Shown: piece after piece, positions 18,171-27,021 of the stretch
Position numbering within the stretch: position 1 is the stretch's first letter
Layout: every line of letters starts with the position of its first letter
DNA from: Gemmatimonadota bacterium
GTDB taxonomy: Bacteria > Gemmatimonadota > Gemmatimonadetes > Palauibacterales > Palauibacteraceae
DNA: 64,000 nt
Assembly: GCA_039587355.1 (NCBI GenBank)
Contig: JBDHIO010000013.1
Span: forward strand, 9,847-73,846
Direction of reading: 5' to 3'
The notes under the pieces: generated by a model
What the model saw: only the letters and a program-made list of their open reading frames with translations
Databases searched by the model: none
Told to the model about the DNA's origin: nothing
Program-made: the position numbers and the translations under genes

Positions 18171-19376
18171 ATGAAATCGATCCTGAGGTGGGTGGCCGTC
18201 GCGCTCCTGGTTCTGCCAGGGGCCGCGGTCGCCCAGGAGCTAACGTGGGGCGGTCAGGTACGCATTCGCGGTGAAGTCCGCGACCCATTTCTCCCCCCGG
18301 ATGGAGCGGGAGGGACCTTCACATCCATGCGAGCGCGCGCGAATCTGCTCGCCGCGCTCGATGGAGACGTCTCCATCTTCATCCAGATCCAGGACGTCCG
18401 GATCTGGGGTGAGGAGACGAACACGCTCTCCGACTTCTTCGCGAACGGCCTCGACCTGCACCAGGGGTATATCTCCCTCGGCTCGCAGGGCGACGGCCTC
18501 TTTGGCCGCTTCGGCCGCCAGGAAGTGAACTTCGGTGGGCAGCGATTGGTCGGTGCCGTCGGCTGGACGCAGCAGGGAAGGAGCTTCGACGGGGCCCGTC
18601 TCGAGGGCGCCGGCGACTTCGGCGTCGTTCGTGTGCTCGGCGCGAGACTGGGCAACGACGTCTCGCCCTTCATCGACCGTAACTCGGCGCTCCTCGGAGC
18701 GTACAGCACGGTCGATGTCTCGGAGACCCAGGACGTCGATGTGTACGTCCTCTACAATCACGCGGCCTCCAGCGATGAGAGCGATCCCGACGCCCAGACG
18801 AAGCAGTACACGTTCGGAGCGCGTTGGGTGGGCAACGCCGCGAAACTGAGCTACCGGGCGGAGGCATCCTTCCAGTCCGGTGACCGTGCAGGCCGCAGCG
18901 TCTCGGCGTTCATGCTGGGCGGACGCGTGGCCCGCGGGTTCGGCGACTTCACGGCCACGCTGTGGTACGACTACCTGTCGGGGTCGGAGGACCCGTCCAG
19001 CGGCGACGTGAAGGTGTTCGACACGTTGTTCGCGACGAACCACAAGTTCTACGGGTTCGCGGATCTGTTCCTCAACATCCCTGTCCACACCGCGGGGCGG
19101 GGTCTGCAGGACGCGGTCGCGAAGTTCGCGTATCGCGTCAACGATGACTGGCGCGTGTCGGCGGACGTCCACTCGTTCCACCTCGCGAAGAAGGGGTCGC
19201 TCGACAGCGGGCACCTCGGCGAGGAGATCGACGTGGGTGTGTCCTGGCGGCACAGCCGGAACCTGGACATCACCGCCGGCTCGGCACTGGTGTTCCAGCG
19301 GGACGCGTGGTCCCAGATCGGCCGGCTCGACCGGAACATGCTCTGGGGTTACCTGATGCTGGACGCGCACTTCTAG
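18171..19376 (+). CDS. Outer-membrane beta-barrel, alginate-export (AlgE-like) family porin
   Basis: ATG one nt after the nirS stop. Signal VAVALLVLPGAAVAQE. Alternating-hydrophobicity strands; start motif WGGQVRIRGE; C-terminal ...MLDAHF aromatic terminus. Confidence 0.7.
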   Translation: MKSILRWVAVALLVLPGAAVAQELTWGGQVRIRGEVRDPFLPPDGAGGTFTSMRARANLLAALDGDVSIFIQIQDVRIWGEETNTLSDFFANGLDLHQGYISLGSQGDGLFGRFGRQEVNFGGQRLVGAVGWTQQGRSFDGARLEGAGDFGVVRVLGARLGNDVSPFIDRNSALLGAYSTVDVSETQDVDVYVLYNHAASSDESDPDAQTKQYTFGARWVGNAAKLSYRAEASFQSGDRAGRSVSAFMLGGRVARGFGDFTATLWYDYLSGSEDPSSGDVKVFDTLFATNHKFYGFADLFLNIPVHTAGRGLQDAVAKFAYRVNDDWRVSADVHSFHLAKKGSLDSGHLGEEIDVGVSWRHSRNLDITAGSALVFQRDAWSQIGRLDRNMLWGYLMLDAHF

Positions 19377-21895
19377 TGCGCTCGCCAGGTGTGGGATTCG
19401 TCCGGGCCGCGGCCCTGACGATGGTTGTTGCGGCGGCCCCCTGGGTCGCCGCTCCCGCATCCGCTCAGACCGGACTCCTCGTGACCGTTGATCCATCCCT
19501 CGGTTTTCCGGGGACCGGGGAAGCGGTCTTCGAGGAGGCGGTCGCCTCGGTCTCATGGAGACGCGGACCGATGGCGTGGACGGGGGCGTCGGTGGAGGTG
19601 ACCGACGCCGTGCGGGCGCTCCGTAGTGACGGTGCGGGGGTTGTTCTCGTCCTCGTCCTGACGGGCACAGATCGCGTGGGCTCGTTCGGTTCTCGATACT
19701 CGGACGCTGGTGCCCGGGTGTTCGCCCGGGACGTCCCCCTGGGCCGATCGGAGCGCGCATCCGCTCTCGCGATCGCACGGGCAATCGAACGCGCGGCGTC
19801 TCACACGGTAGCCACCCTGATCGAATCCGGTGACCTCGCGCCGGGCGAGGGGGCCGTCCACGAGCTCGCCGGCATCAACGTCACGGCGGTTCGGGCGCCG
19901 GTCGACGCATTCGACACGCCGCGACCCGTCAGCGTCGTGCAGCGGCACACGATCGGCGAACGCCTCCCGAACAACGCCTCCGATCTCTTCACCGAGATCC
20001 CGGGCCTCGACGTCGAGGGCGTCGGCACGAACCAGACCCGACCGATGATCCGGGGGCTCAGGGGACAGCGTGTGCTGATGCTCGAGGAGGGTCTGCGACT
20101 CAACAACTCGCGCCGGCGCCTCGACTCGGGCGAGCCGCCGGCTGTGGCTGGCCTTTTCGAGCTCGATCGCGTCGAGGTGGTTCGGGGCGCCACCTCGGTG
20201 CTCTACGGGTCCGACGCCATCGGTGGCGTCGTGAACCTCGTTCCAAGGTCTGCCGGTGCGCGTCGCTCCGCTAGCGGGATGTGGGCTGCCCGCGGCGCCC
20301 TCCAGTACCGACACAGCACTGGTGATGGGCAGAACCGGGTCTCCGGGACTGTGAGCGGGGGATCGGGGAAGTTCGGCTTTCGTGCCGGAGCCTCCTGGCG
20401 AAAGGCGGATCCCTACGACGCGCCCGCAGGCTCATTCGGCGACCTCTCGCTCGAGACCGCGACTCGCGTGCAGGATACCGGCGTCGAGGACTACAACCTC
20501 GGGGCCCGCCTGCAGTACGAGTTCACCGAGAGCCACTCTGTCTTCGTGAGGGTCGAGCGGTATCGCGCCCTCGACGCGGGGTTCGGGTTCGTCGACCCAG
20601 ATGACCTCGGTACGGGTGGGCCTCGCGTGCGCCTCACCTGGCCCGACTTCCGCTTCGACCGTCTTATCGCCGGGTACGAGGGCCGCGACCTCGGGACCGT
20701 CCTGGCCGATCGGATCGACCTCAAGGGATACACCCAGAGCAACGAGCGGGAGTTCATCACGGACGTCTTCATTCCCGCCGGGCCCGGCATCTCGACGAGG
20801 ACCGAGAACTACACCGACATCGACACGAACGGCATGCGGCTGGAGGCGGCGAAGCTGCTCGCCGGACGGCATGTTCTGACATACGGGGTCGATCTCTACC
20901 GCGACGTCTCGTTCAACACCGACCGACGCACACGTCAGGTGGGTCCTGCACCGCCGAGCGTTGACGACACGCCCGGACTCCCCAACGCCTCGCTTACGAG
21001 CGTCGGCGTCTTTGCGCAAAACGCGTTCGCGCTCGGCTCGCGGTTCGACCTGACCCTGGGGTTGCGGTGGCAGGGCGTGACTTCGAAGACGCGGCCCACG
21101 GACGGCCTCGTCGAGCCTCTGACGGAGGCGAGCGACGGGACTCTCGTCGGTGCGGCGAACTTCCTCTTTCGCGCGTCGGAGGCGGTGAACCTGATCGGAT
21201 CCGTCGGTCGCGGGTTCCGCTCACCGAACCTGATCGAGCGTTTCTTCAGCGGGGACGCGCCGGACGGCGCCGGGCGCTGGGTCCGGAACCCCGATCTGGG
21301 CGCCGAGACGAGCCTGAGCTTGGACGCGGGGGCCCGAGTGACGACGGGTGCCGTCTACGCCGAGGGGTTCGTGTTCGGGAACTTCCTTTCGAACGGGATC
21401 CAGCTGAGGCCTACGGGACAGCAAGAAGACGGGCTGCCCACGTTCCACAACGTCAACATCTCGTCGATCGACATCCGCGGGCTCGAGCTGACGGCGGGAA
21501 TCCAGGCAACGCCCGGACTGCTACTCGAGGCCGGTTACACTCACGTGGACGCGAAGAACCCCGACGATGCCGACGATCTCGTGCAGGAGGGCTACCGAGA
21601 CCGCATCAACGGGCGGATCCGCTACAGCGGCGCCGAGCGGTACTGGCTGGAGTACCAGATCCGCTTCTCGGGTCGGACCGACCGCATCGCGCCCGGGGTG
21701 AGCCCCGTCGGCGACGTGATCCCGTCCTTCACCGTGATGAGCGTGCGAGGCGGTGTGCGGGTGTTCGAGCGCCACCGGCTGACGCTGTCCGTCGAGAACC
21801 TCGGGAACGTTCTCTACGCCGAGCCGATCAACGTCGCGTTCTTCAGGCCATCGCCCCGGCGGCAGCTCGTCGTGAGCTGGACTTCGGAGTTCTAG
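19376..21895 (+). CDS. TonB-dependent receptor with a ~190-aa N-terminal extension
   Basis: GTG at 19376 shares a base with the porin TAG (alternative GTG 19391, ATG 19421). Signal AAAPWVAAPASAQ. Plug motifs (IPGLDVEGVGTNQTRPMIRGLRGQRVLMLEEG, VVRGATSVLYGSDAIGGVVNL). C-terminal barrel ends WTSEF. Confidence 0.85.
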   Translation: MRSPGVGFVRAAALTMVVAAAPWVAAPASAQTGLLVTVDPSLGFPGTGEAVFEEAVASVSWRRGPMAWTGASVEVTDAVRALRSDGAGVVLVLVLTGTDRVGSFGSRYSDAGARVFARDVPLGRSERASALAIARAIERAASHTVATLIESGDLAPGEGAVHELAGINVTAVRAPVDAFDTPRPVSVVQRHTIGERLPNNASDLFTEIPGLDVEGVGTNQTRPMIRGLRGQRVLMLEEGLRLNNSRRRLDSGEPPAVAGLFELDRVEVVRGATSVLYGSDAIGGVVNLVPRSAGARRSASGMWAARGALQYRHSTGDGQNRVSGTVSGGSGKFGFRAGASWRKADPYDAPAGSFGDLSLETATRVQDTGVEDYNLGARLQYEFTESHSVFVRVERYRALDAGFGFVDPDDLGTGGPRVRLTWPDFRFDRLIAGYEGRDLGTVLADRIDLKGYTQSNEREFITDVFIPAGPGISTRTENYTDIDTNGMRLEAAKLLAGRHVLTYGVDLYRDVSFNTDRRTRQVGPAPPSVDDTPGLPNASLTSVGVFAQNAFALGSRFDLTLGLRWQGVTSKTRPTDGLVEPLTEASDGTLVGAANFLFRASEAVNLIGSVGRGFRSPNLIERFFSGDAPDGAGRWVRNPDLGAETSLSLDAGARVTTGAVYAEGFVFGNFLSNGIQLRPTGQQEDGLPTFHNVNISSIDIRGLELTAGIQATPGLLLEAGYTHVDAKNPDDADDLVQEGYRDRINGRIRYSGAERYWLEYQIRFSGRTDRIAPGVSPVGDVIPSFTVMSVRGGVRVFERHRLTLSVENLGNVLYAEPINVAFFRPSPRRQLVVSWTSEF

Positions 21896-21923
21896 CCCCG
21901 GCCGGCGGAGTGCTCCAGCGGCG

Positions 21924-22412
21924 CTAGAAGTCCAGACATGAGTCGTCTTCCAGTGCCGGATCTCCTTCGACTCCCAGTCGTTCGATCAGGTCCGGCGTGA
22001 TGGGGCGGCGGCCCGCGAACCCATCGCTCGTCTCGTGCCAGTACGTGACCTCGGACTCGCCGGCGTGCCAGCACAGATAGACCCACCGGCCATCGAGCGT
22101 CGTGGGAAAATCGACGAGACCGTGATCGAGCCCGCCGGCCGGCAGGCGCACGCCGCGCTGGGTCAGGCGGTCGGCGACGAGCTGCTCGATCGCGTTGCCG
22201 ATCCGCAGCAGCGACTTCTCGTGCGCCTCGAGCTCGGCGTAGTCCGGGTTGTCCGGTTCACGTACGCCTTCTCCCCACAGCGCGAAGAGGACCGCGATCT
22301 TGTCCGCGCGACGACGAGCCGCGTCCCGCCCGGCCTGGATGCGCCGGAACGTCGCCCGAATGTGGGGCAGCAGACTGTTCGCCTGTTCGACCGAGAACGC
22401 GTGACGATTCAT
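21924..22412 (-). CDS. Conserved hypothetical protein (resembles the DUF2203 family, from memory)
   Basis: ATG at 22412. FSVEQANSLLPHI..., GLVDFPTTLDGRWVYLCWHAGESEVTYWHE...GFAGRRPI. Confidence 0.55.
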   Translation of the reverse strand: MNRHAFSVEQANSLLPHIRATFRRIQAGRDAARRRADKIAVLFALWGEGVREPDNPDYAELEAHEKSLLRIGNAIEQLVADRLTQRGVRLPAGGLDHGLVDFPTTLDGRWVYLCWHAGESEVTYWHETSDGFAGRRPITPDLIERLGVEGDPALEDDSCLDF

Positions 22413-22491
22413 GTCCCGAACCTCAGAAGGTTCGGGGTGTGGGGCAACAAACGCGCACCCGTCGGGAACGCGTCCGTGCCTCATGTCGGCT

Positions 22492-22787
22492 CTAGCGACC
22501 GCGGATCGACACGTCCCCGTCTCCCGTGTTGATCGTCAGCCCGTCGAACCGCCCGATCTCGATCGAGACGTCCCCGTCTCCCGTCGTCGCGGCGATGGCT
22601 CCGGACGCCTCACGGACGATCAGATCGCCGTCCCCCGTACGAGCAACGCCTGCTCGGCGCTGGCCTGATTGACCCGCCCCCACCAGGCATCGATGGCGAA
22701 TGCCAGCAGGATGCTCGCGACGATAGCGAGCCCCTCGGCGATGATGCGCCGCCACGGCAATCGGCGGGCCTCGGACGGGGTCGTCAT
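22492..22787 (-). pseudogene. Gene remnant: family-D N-terminal TM fragment frame-shifted onto a short beta-helix (GDGD-repeat, DUF4097-like) tail
   Basis: ATG at 22787 gives MTTPSEARRLPWRRIIAEGLAIVASILLAFAIDAWWGRVNQ..., which matches the N-termini of the family-D proteins, and stops after 55 codons at 22620. A different frame continues TGDGDLIVREASGAIAATTGDGDVSIEIGRFDGLTINTGDGDVSIRGR to 22492. Confidence 0.35.
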
Positions 22788-22815
22788 CGGTCTTCCAACG
22801 GAGAATCGACCTCGC

Positions 22816-23628
22816 TCAACACGGTTCGAACCCTCGAATCTCCACCCCTCCCGCTCCGGCGGTGATGAGCGAACCGGGAGGCACTTCCTCCCAATCGATC
22901 AGGTCGCCCAGCGGCTCGGAGACCACGACGATGCTCCCTTCCGGGAACACCAGGGTCGGATCGCGCTCCTTCAGGACCTCGAGGTCGTCCGCGTAGAACA
23001 GGGTTCTCGGGGTGCCGGTGCTCGCGTAGCGCACGGCATGGATAGAGTCGCCGTTCGCCGCCGCCGCGGAGAAATGGAACTCCCCGTCGATCCCGTTGTC
23101 GCGCATCGCCCTCTCGACGTGTCCGGCCGCCCGGGCCAGGGCCGAGGGCGCGTCCGTGTCGAGCCCGTAGCCGAGGGCCAGGTGAAAGATGATCTCAGAG
23201 TCGGTCGTGCCCCGGATGCCAGGGAAGTGTTCCGCTGGCACGTCGAACAGGAGTTCCCGACGGACGCCTTCGAAGTCGGGAATCAGCCCGTTGTGCTGAA
23301 ACAGCCAGCGTCCGGCGCGAAACGGGTGACAGTTACTCCGCTGCACGGACGTTCCGGTCGTGGCCCGAATGTGCGCCATGAACATCGCCGACCGCGTGTG
23401 TGTGGCCAGGTCGCGGAAGTTCTCGTCGTTCCAGGCCGGCCGCACGTCGCGGAAGAGAGCGGGTTCGGGCAGACCGTGCGCGTACCAACCGACGCCGAAG
23501 CCGTCGCCATTCATCGGTTCGGTCCCCAACTGCGATCGAGCGCTCTGGATGAGCAACGAATGCTCCGCGTCGATGAGCGGCACGCTTATCGGGATTTCGG
23601 GCCCTCGGTACGCGATCCAGCGGCACAC
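22816..23628 (-). CDS. Class II (Ntn-type) glutamine amidotransferase
   Basis: 270 aa, begins MC (catalytic Cys2). NGDGFGVGWY, CHPF, RGTTDSE motifs. Confidence 0.85.
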   Translation of the reverse strand: MCRWIAYRGPEIPISVPLIDAEHSLLIQSARSQLGTEPMNGDGFGVGWYAHGLPEPALFRDVRPAWNDENFRDLATHTRSAMFMAHIRATTGTSVQRSNCHPFRAGRWLFQHNGLIPDFEGVRRELLFDVPAEHFPGIRGTTDSEIIFHLALGYGLDTDAPSALARAAGHVERAMRDNGIDGEFHFSAAAANGDSIHAVRYASTGTPRTLFYADDLEVLKERDPTLVFPEGSIVVVSEPLGDLIDWEEVPPGSLITAGAGGVEIRGFEPC

Positions 23629-23657
23629 GGTGGGCTACTCAGACGCTCGGCACGGGG

Positions 23658-24203
23658 TCACGCGCGCGCCCGTCCGCCGACGGGCGTCCGCTCGCGAACG
23701 GACCCGGCGTTCCAGTCCGGCGCCGGGCTCGACAGCATCTCCCGTTCGACCGCGTCCTCCAGGATGCGCCCGGATTCGTCGTCCGATCGTCGCGCGATCC
23801 ACAGGCTGGCGACAGCGGAACCCGCACCGAGCACAGCGGTCACGGAAGCTGTGGCGGCGACGTCTCCCCAGCCGGCACTCGACGTGAGACCCCGCGTCAG
23901 GTGAATGATCACCGGGAGTGCGGCCCCTCCGACCGCCCCGCAAAGGGCCATCTTGAATCGCGAGATCCGCTGCAGGCTCTCACGCCGCCCGACCCAGGCC
24001 AGAACAGCTCCAAACCCGGTCCCCGCGATCAGGCCCCCGACGGCGTATCCCACCGATGTCGTAAGCACCGGGTTGTAGAGCTCCCACTGCCACGGCTTGA
24101 GCGCGCCGATGACGAACCCGTGGATTCCGCCGAGTACCGCCCACCCCGCCGCCCACGTAAGGCCGGTTCCGAGGGCGCCCCGAAGTCGCTTCAAGAATCT
24201 CAT
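23658..24203 (-). CDS. Hypothetical polytopic membrane protein
   Basis: 181 aa, Gly/Ala-rich TM helices. No recognised family. Confidence 0.5.
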   Translation of the reverse strand: MRFLKRLRGALGTGLTWAAGWAVLGGIHGFVIGALKPWQWELYNPVLTTSVGYAVGGLIAGTGFGAVLAWVGRRESLQRISRFKMALCGAVGGAALPVIIHLTRGLTSSAGWGDVAATASVTAVLGAGSAVASLWIARRSDDESGRILEDAVEREMLSSPAPDWNAGSVRERTPVGGRARA

Positions 24204-24288
24204 CGCGCCACCTCCGTTTCCCGAATCTGTGGGTATCGGCGCGGGGGCGCGATGTCACCTCGATCCGGGGAGCCGAGCGAACCGTCGG

Positions 24289-24473
24289 TTAGCCCGCAAC
24301 CAGGTCGGCGATACCGGTCACCCGCACGTACGCGACGCTCAGCGTACAGTTGTGGTGGTCGATAATCTGCTCAGCTGTCAGCCCGCTCCCGTCCCCCGTG
24401 GAATGTGCATCCCGCCATCGGGAAACTCGAAACACCCGTCCTGCATGTCGATGATCAGCAGTGCCGCGCTCAA
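24289..24473 (-). pseudogene. Remnant of an isochorismatase/nicotinamidase-family gene (internal deletion plus frameshift)
   Basis: TTG at 24473 overlaps the bioY stop. It reads LSAALLIIDMQDGCFEFPDGGMHIPRG (classic LL.ID.Q..F N-terminus) and stops at 24378. Another frame ends ...GLTAEQIIDHHNCTLSVAYVRVTGIADLVAG. Total about 60 codons against about 180 for an intact family member. Confidence 0.35.
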
Positions 24474-25018
24474 TGCCGACTCTCCGCCCGCTTTCGTGTC
24501 CGGTCCCACGTCCGTGCAAGAAGTACGGCGACCGCCGCGGCCACGAGCGACTTGACGAGACCTCCCACCAGAAACGGCGCCACGCCCTGGGCCCAGCCTT
24601 CCGCGGGACCGAGGGCGACAACGAGCCTCGCCCACCCGAGACCGAGGATGACGAGGTGTCCGGTGAGCATGCCCGCGATCGCGAGCGGGAAGCGGGACAG
24701 GTGGCCGCGGTCTGAAAGCGCCCCCACGAGGGTCGCGGCCAGCAGGAAGCCCACGAGGTAGCCCGCGGTGGGCCCGACGAGGTGACCCCACCCCGATGCT
24801 CCATCCGCGAAGACCGGCGCGCCGAGCCCGCCGGCCAGGAGATATGCGATAAGCGCGACCGCCCCGAGGCGCGCACCCAGCCAGACTCCGACGAGCAGGA
24901 TGGCGAGGGTCTGGGCGCTCTGGGGAACGGGTGAGCCGGGGATCGGGATGTCCAGCCGGGCCGAGATCGCGATCGCGAGCACGGCGCTCGTGATCGAGAT
25001 AAGTGCGCGGCGGTTCAC
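24470..25018 (-). CDS. bioY: Biotin transporter BioY (ECF S-component type)
   Basis: 182 aa. PVPQSAQTLAILLVG, LLAGGLGAPVFA.G.SG...L.GPTAGYL.GF motifs, about 6 TM. Confidence 0.85.
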   Translation of the reverse strand: MNRRALISITSAVLAIAISARLDIPIPGSPVPQSAQTLAILLVGVWLGARLGAVALIAYLLAGGLGAPVFADGASGWGHLVGPTAGYLVGFLLAATLVGALSDRGHLSRFPLAIAGMLTGHLVILGLGWARLVVALGPAEGWAQGVAPFLVGGLVKSLVAAAVAVLLARTWDRTRKRAESRH

Positions 25019-25076
25019 CCTCGCCGCTTCAAGAAGGCCTCTCGGAGTTCGGCTATCGCGCCGATGGCGTCCCAGT

Positions 25077-25922
25077 TCATCTACCGCCCAATTCGTGGGT
25101 GAGACCCCACCCGCGTAGCGTTTCCATCGCCGCGGTGGCGGTCCAGTCGAACAGGAGCGGGGTGATCGTGATCATCCCGTCCAGGAAGGCTTCCGTGTCG
25201 CTGCCGGCCGGGCCGGTTGCGACCCGCTCGAGGCGCGGAGCGAAGATCCTCCCGTCCTCGCCGGGCGAACCATCGTCGAACCCCAGCGAGAAGTGCATCC
25301 CTCCCATGGGGGCCACCTCCACGCCAGCCGTCTCCTCCTCGGAGCCCGTGGGGAAGTTGATGGACAGCACGAGACCGGGCGCGGGCCCCTCGGCCCGCAT
25401 CGTCTCGATAAACGTGGCGACGAATCTGGAGGGATACCCGAAATCGCTACCCTGGAGCGACGCGGCAACGGCCGGAACACCGTGGAACGCGGCCATCATC
25501 GCGGCCCCGATCGTCCCCGACATGTGCGACGCCGCGCCCACGTTGGCCCCCTGGTTGATCCCGCTCACCACCAGGTCGAACCCGCCCTCCGGGGCCAGGG
25601 TGGTGATCGCCAGGAGAACGGCACCCGCCGGAGTGGTGTCCACGCAATGCCCGAGCTCCCGGCCGTCACTGACGACCGGCCGCAGTTCCAGTCGATTCCG
25701 GAGTGCGACGGACATGCTGCTGCCGCTCTGCTGGCCACAGGGGGCGACGACGTGAACGCGTCCGATCCGCTCGAGCTCGGCCGCGAGCGTCTGGAGCCCG
25801 GGGGACTCGATCCCGTCGTCGTTCGTCAGAAGGATATCGTACGAGCCATCCTGCCCCGCGACCGGCGGGGCGACGAGCGCGACAGCGATCGCGGCCAGCG
25901 ATCCGATACGTCTGAACATCAT
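25077..25922 (-). CDS. surE: 5'/3'-nucleotidase SurE, with N-terminal signal peptide
   Basis: 281 aa. ILLTNDDGIESPGL, SGINQGANVG, SGTIGAAM. Confidence 0.9.
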   Translation of the reverse strand: MMFRRIGSLAAIAVALVAPPVAGQDGSYDILLTNDDGIESPGLQTLAAELERIGRVHVVAPCGQQSGSSMSVALRNRLELRPVVSDGRELGHCVDTTPAGAVLLAITTLAPEGGFDLVVSGINQGANVGAASHMSGTIGAAMMAAFHGVPAVAASLQGSDFGYPSRFVATFIETMRAEGPAPGLVLSINFPTGSEEETAGVEVAPMGGMHFSLGFDDGSPGEDGRIFAPRLERVATGPAGSDTEAFLDGMITITPLLFDWTATAAMETLRGWGLTHELGGR

Positions 25923-26365
25923 GGGTCCTCTCGCTCGAGCGAACGTCGAAAGCAGATGCTGCGCTGAACTTCGTCGAACCCGAACGCGAGATGAAAGGCC
26001 TCGCTGCCCGAGTTCTCGATCTCACAGTCCGAGGCGAGCTCGGAAAGCCCCTGAGACCGGGCCCACTCCTCTCCCGCCCGGACGAGGTCGGAGGCGACTC
26101 CCGACCGTCGAACGTCGGCGTCCACCCAGATCCCTTCGAGATAGGCGACGGGAGATGTCGCGCACCCGTCCGCGAACTTCCTGAGCCCGAACTCGGCGAA
26201 CCCGACCAGGTCCTCGGCCACCGCGGCGACGGCGATCAGGCCTTCCTCCCTCGGGAGGTCGAGGAGGGCGTCGATCTCCCCATCTTCGGAATCGGGCCAC
26301 AGCGCGACCCGCATCCGGGCCAGCTCCGCCCGGTCGCGTGGCTGGGCCGGCCTGACGTCGCCCAT
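25919..26365 (-). CDS. GNAT N-acetyltransferase resembling the AAC(6')-I aminoglycoside acetyltransferase family
   Basis: 148 aa. ATG overlaps the upstream stop (TGATG) and its stop overlaps the surE start (ATGA). LWPD..., GFAEFGLR...SPVAYLEGIWVDADVRRSGVA..L......WA...G..ELASDCEIEN..S...H.AFGF.E. The remainder of ORF 25919..27193 is an artefact. Confidence 0.75.
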   Translation of the reverse strand: MGDVRPAQPRDRAELARMRVALWPDSEDGEIDALLDLPREEGLIAVAAVAEDLVGFAEFGLRKFADGCATSPVAYLEGIWVDADVRRSGVASDLVRAGEEWARSQGLSELASDCEIENSGSEAFHLAFGFDEVQRSICFRRSLEREDP

Positions 26366-26880
26366 CAGTCGTCCTCTGCCGCGACCCCCGGCGCGAAGTC
26401 GTCCGCGAGCGTGCCCGTGGGCTCGGGCATTCGCTCGTTCAGGAACGCGCAGAACTCGGTGCCGAACCAGTCGCACCGCGTCACCCACCACTCCTGGAAG
26501 CCCGGCCCGCGCATCATGTTGTCGATCGGCGACCGGGCATGTAGCCAGGCCCACTCCTCGACCTGGCCATCGTTGTAGTAGTGGTAGACCTCCTCGTATG
26601 CCCAGAACGCCTGCATGAGCATCGACGAGAAGCGGACGAGCTCTTCCTTGTTCCTGAGTTCGCCGAGGCCGGACAGGCCGCGGGCCCAGATGTCGCCCGC
26701 TCCCGGAGCGAACGCGAGCTGACCGATGAGGCCGTTGAGCTTGTCGAGCACTGCCTGCGCGGCCGCGTGGCTCGTGGCTTTCGCGTTGCTGCGGACCTGC
26801 CCCGCCAGGTAGAGAAGCGAGATGATCACGCCCGCTGCGCCCACGACTTCGCCGATCGCACCGATGGCTTCCCAGTTCAA
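26365..26880 (-). CDS. Hypothetical N-terminally anchored protein, paralog family A (copy 1 of 3)
   Basis: TTG start gives MNWEAIGAIGEVVGAAGVIISLLYLAGQVRSN, conserved with the other copies. C-terminal PGFQEWW..R.DWF..EF motif. Confidence 0.65.
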   Translation of the reverse strand: MNWEAIGAIGEVVGAAGVIISLLYLAGQVRSNAKATSHAAAQAVLDKLNGLIGQLAFAPGAGDIWARGLSGLGELRNKEELVRFSSMLMQAFWAYEEVYHYYNDGQVEEWAWLHARSPIDNMMRGPGFQEWWVTRCDWFGTEFCAFLNERMPEPTGTLADDFAPGVAAEDD

Positions 26881-26989
26881 CGGATGCTTCCTCCTTCAGA
26901 GCGGGAGGGCTTCTTGAGGCCCCGGTGATGATCGTATGGAACCTGTCGCCGTGTCGCATGGGCATCGCGGGGGGGCGCGGCCAGAAATA

Positions 26990-27003
26990 GGTTACATGTA
27001 ACC
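26990..27003. promoter_or_regulatory. Perfect 14-bp palindrome GGTTACATGTAACC, candidate TA operator
   Basis: 18 nt upstream of the antitoxin GTG (27022). Confidence 0.5.
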
Positions 27004-27021
27004 GACGAAGGGGGAGACACT

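Noticed and set aside
16196-19784. 653-aa and 514-aa minus-strand ORFs antisense to nirS and the porin.
   Set aside because: The plus-strand products are collinear with well-known families (NirS, OM barrel). The antisense translations are Arg/Asp/Pro-rich with no motifs.
22818-22840. GGTTCGAACCC, a tRNA T-arm-like string.
   Set aside because: No acceptor, D or anticodon stems can be drawn around it. It lies inside the 3' end of the amidotransferase coding sequence (...RGFEPC).
22669-23904. 411-aa plus-strand ORF spanning the glutamine amidotransferase region.
   Set aside because: It is antisense to a class II amidotransferase with catalytic Cys2 and conserved motifs, and has no recognisable domain.
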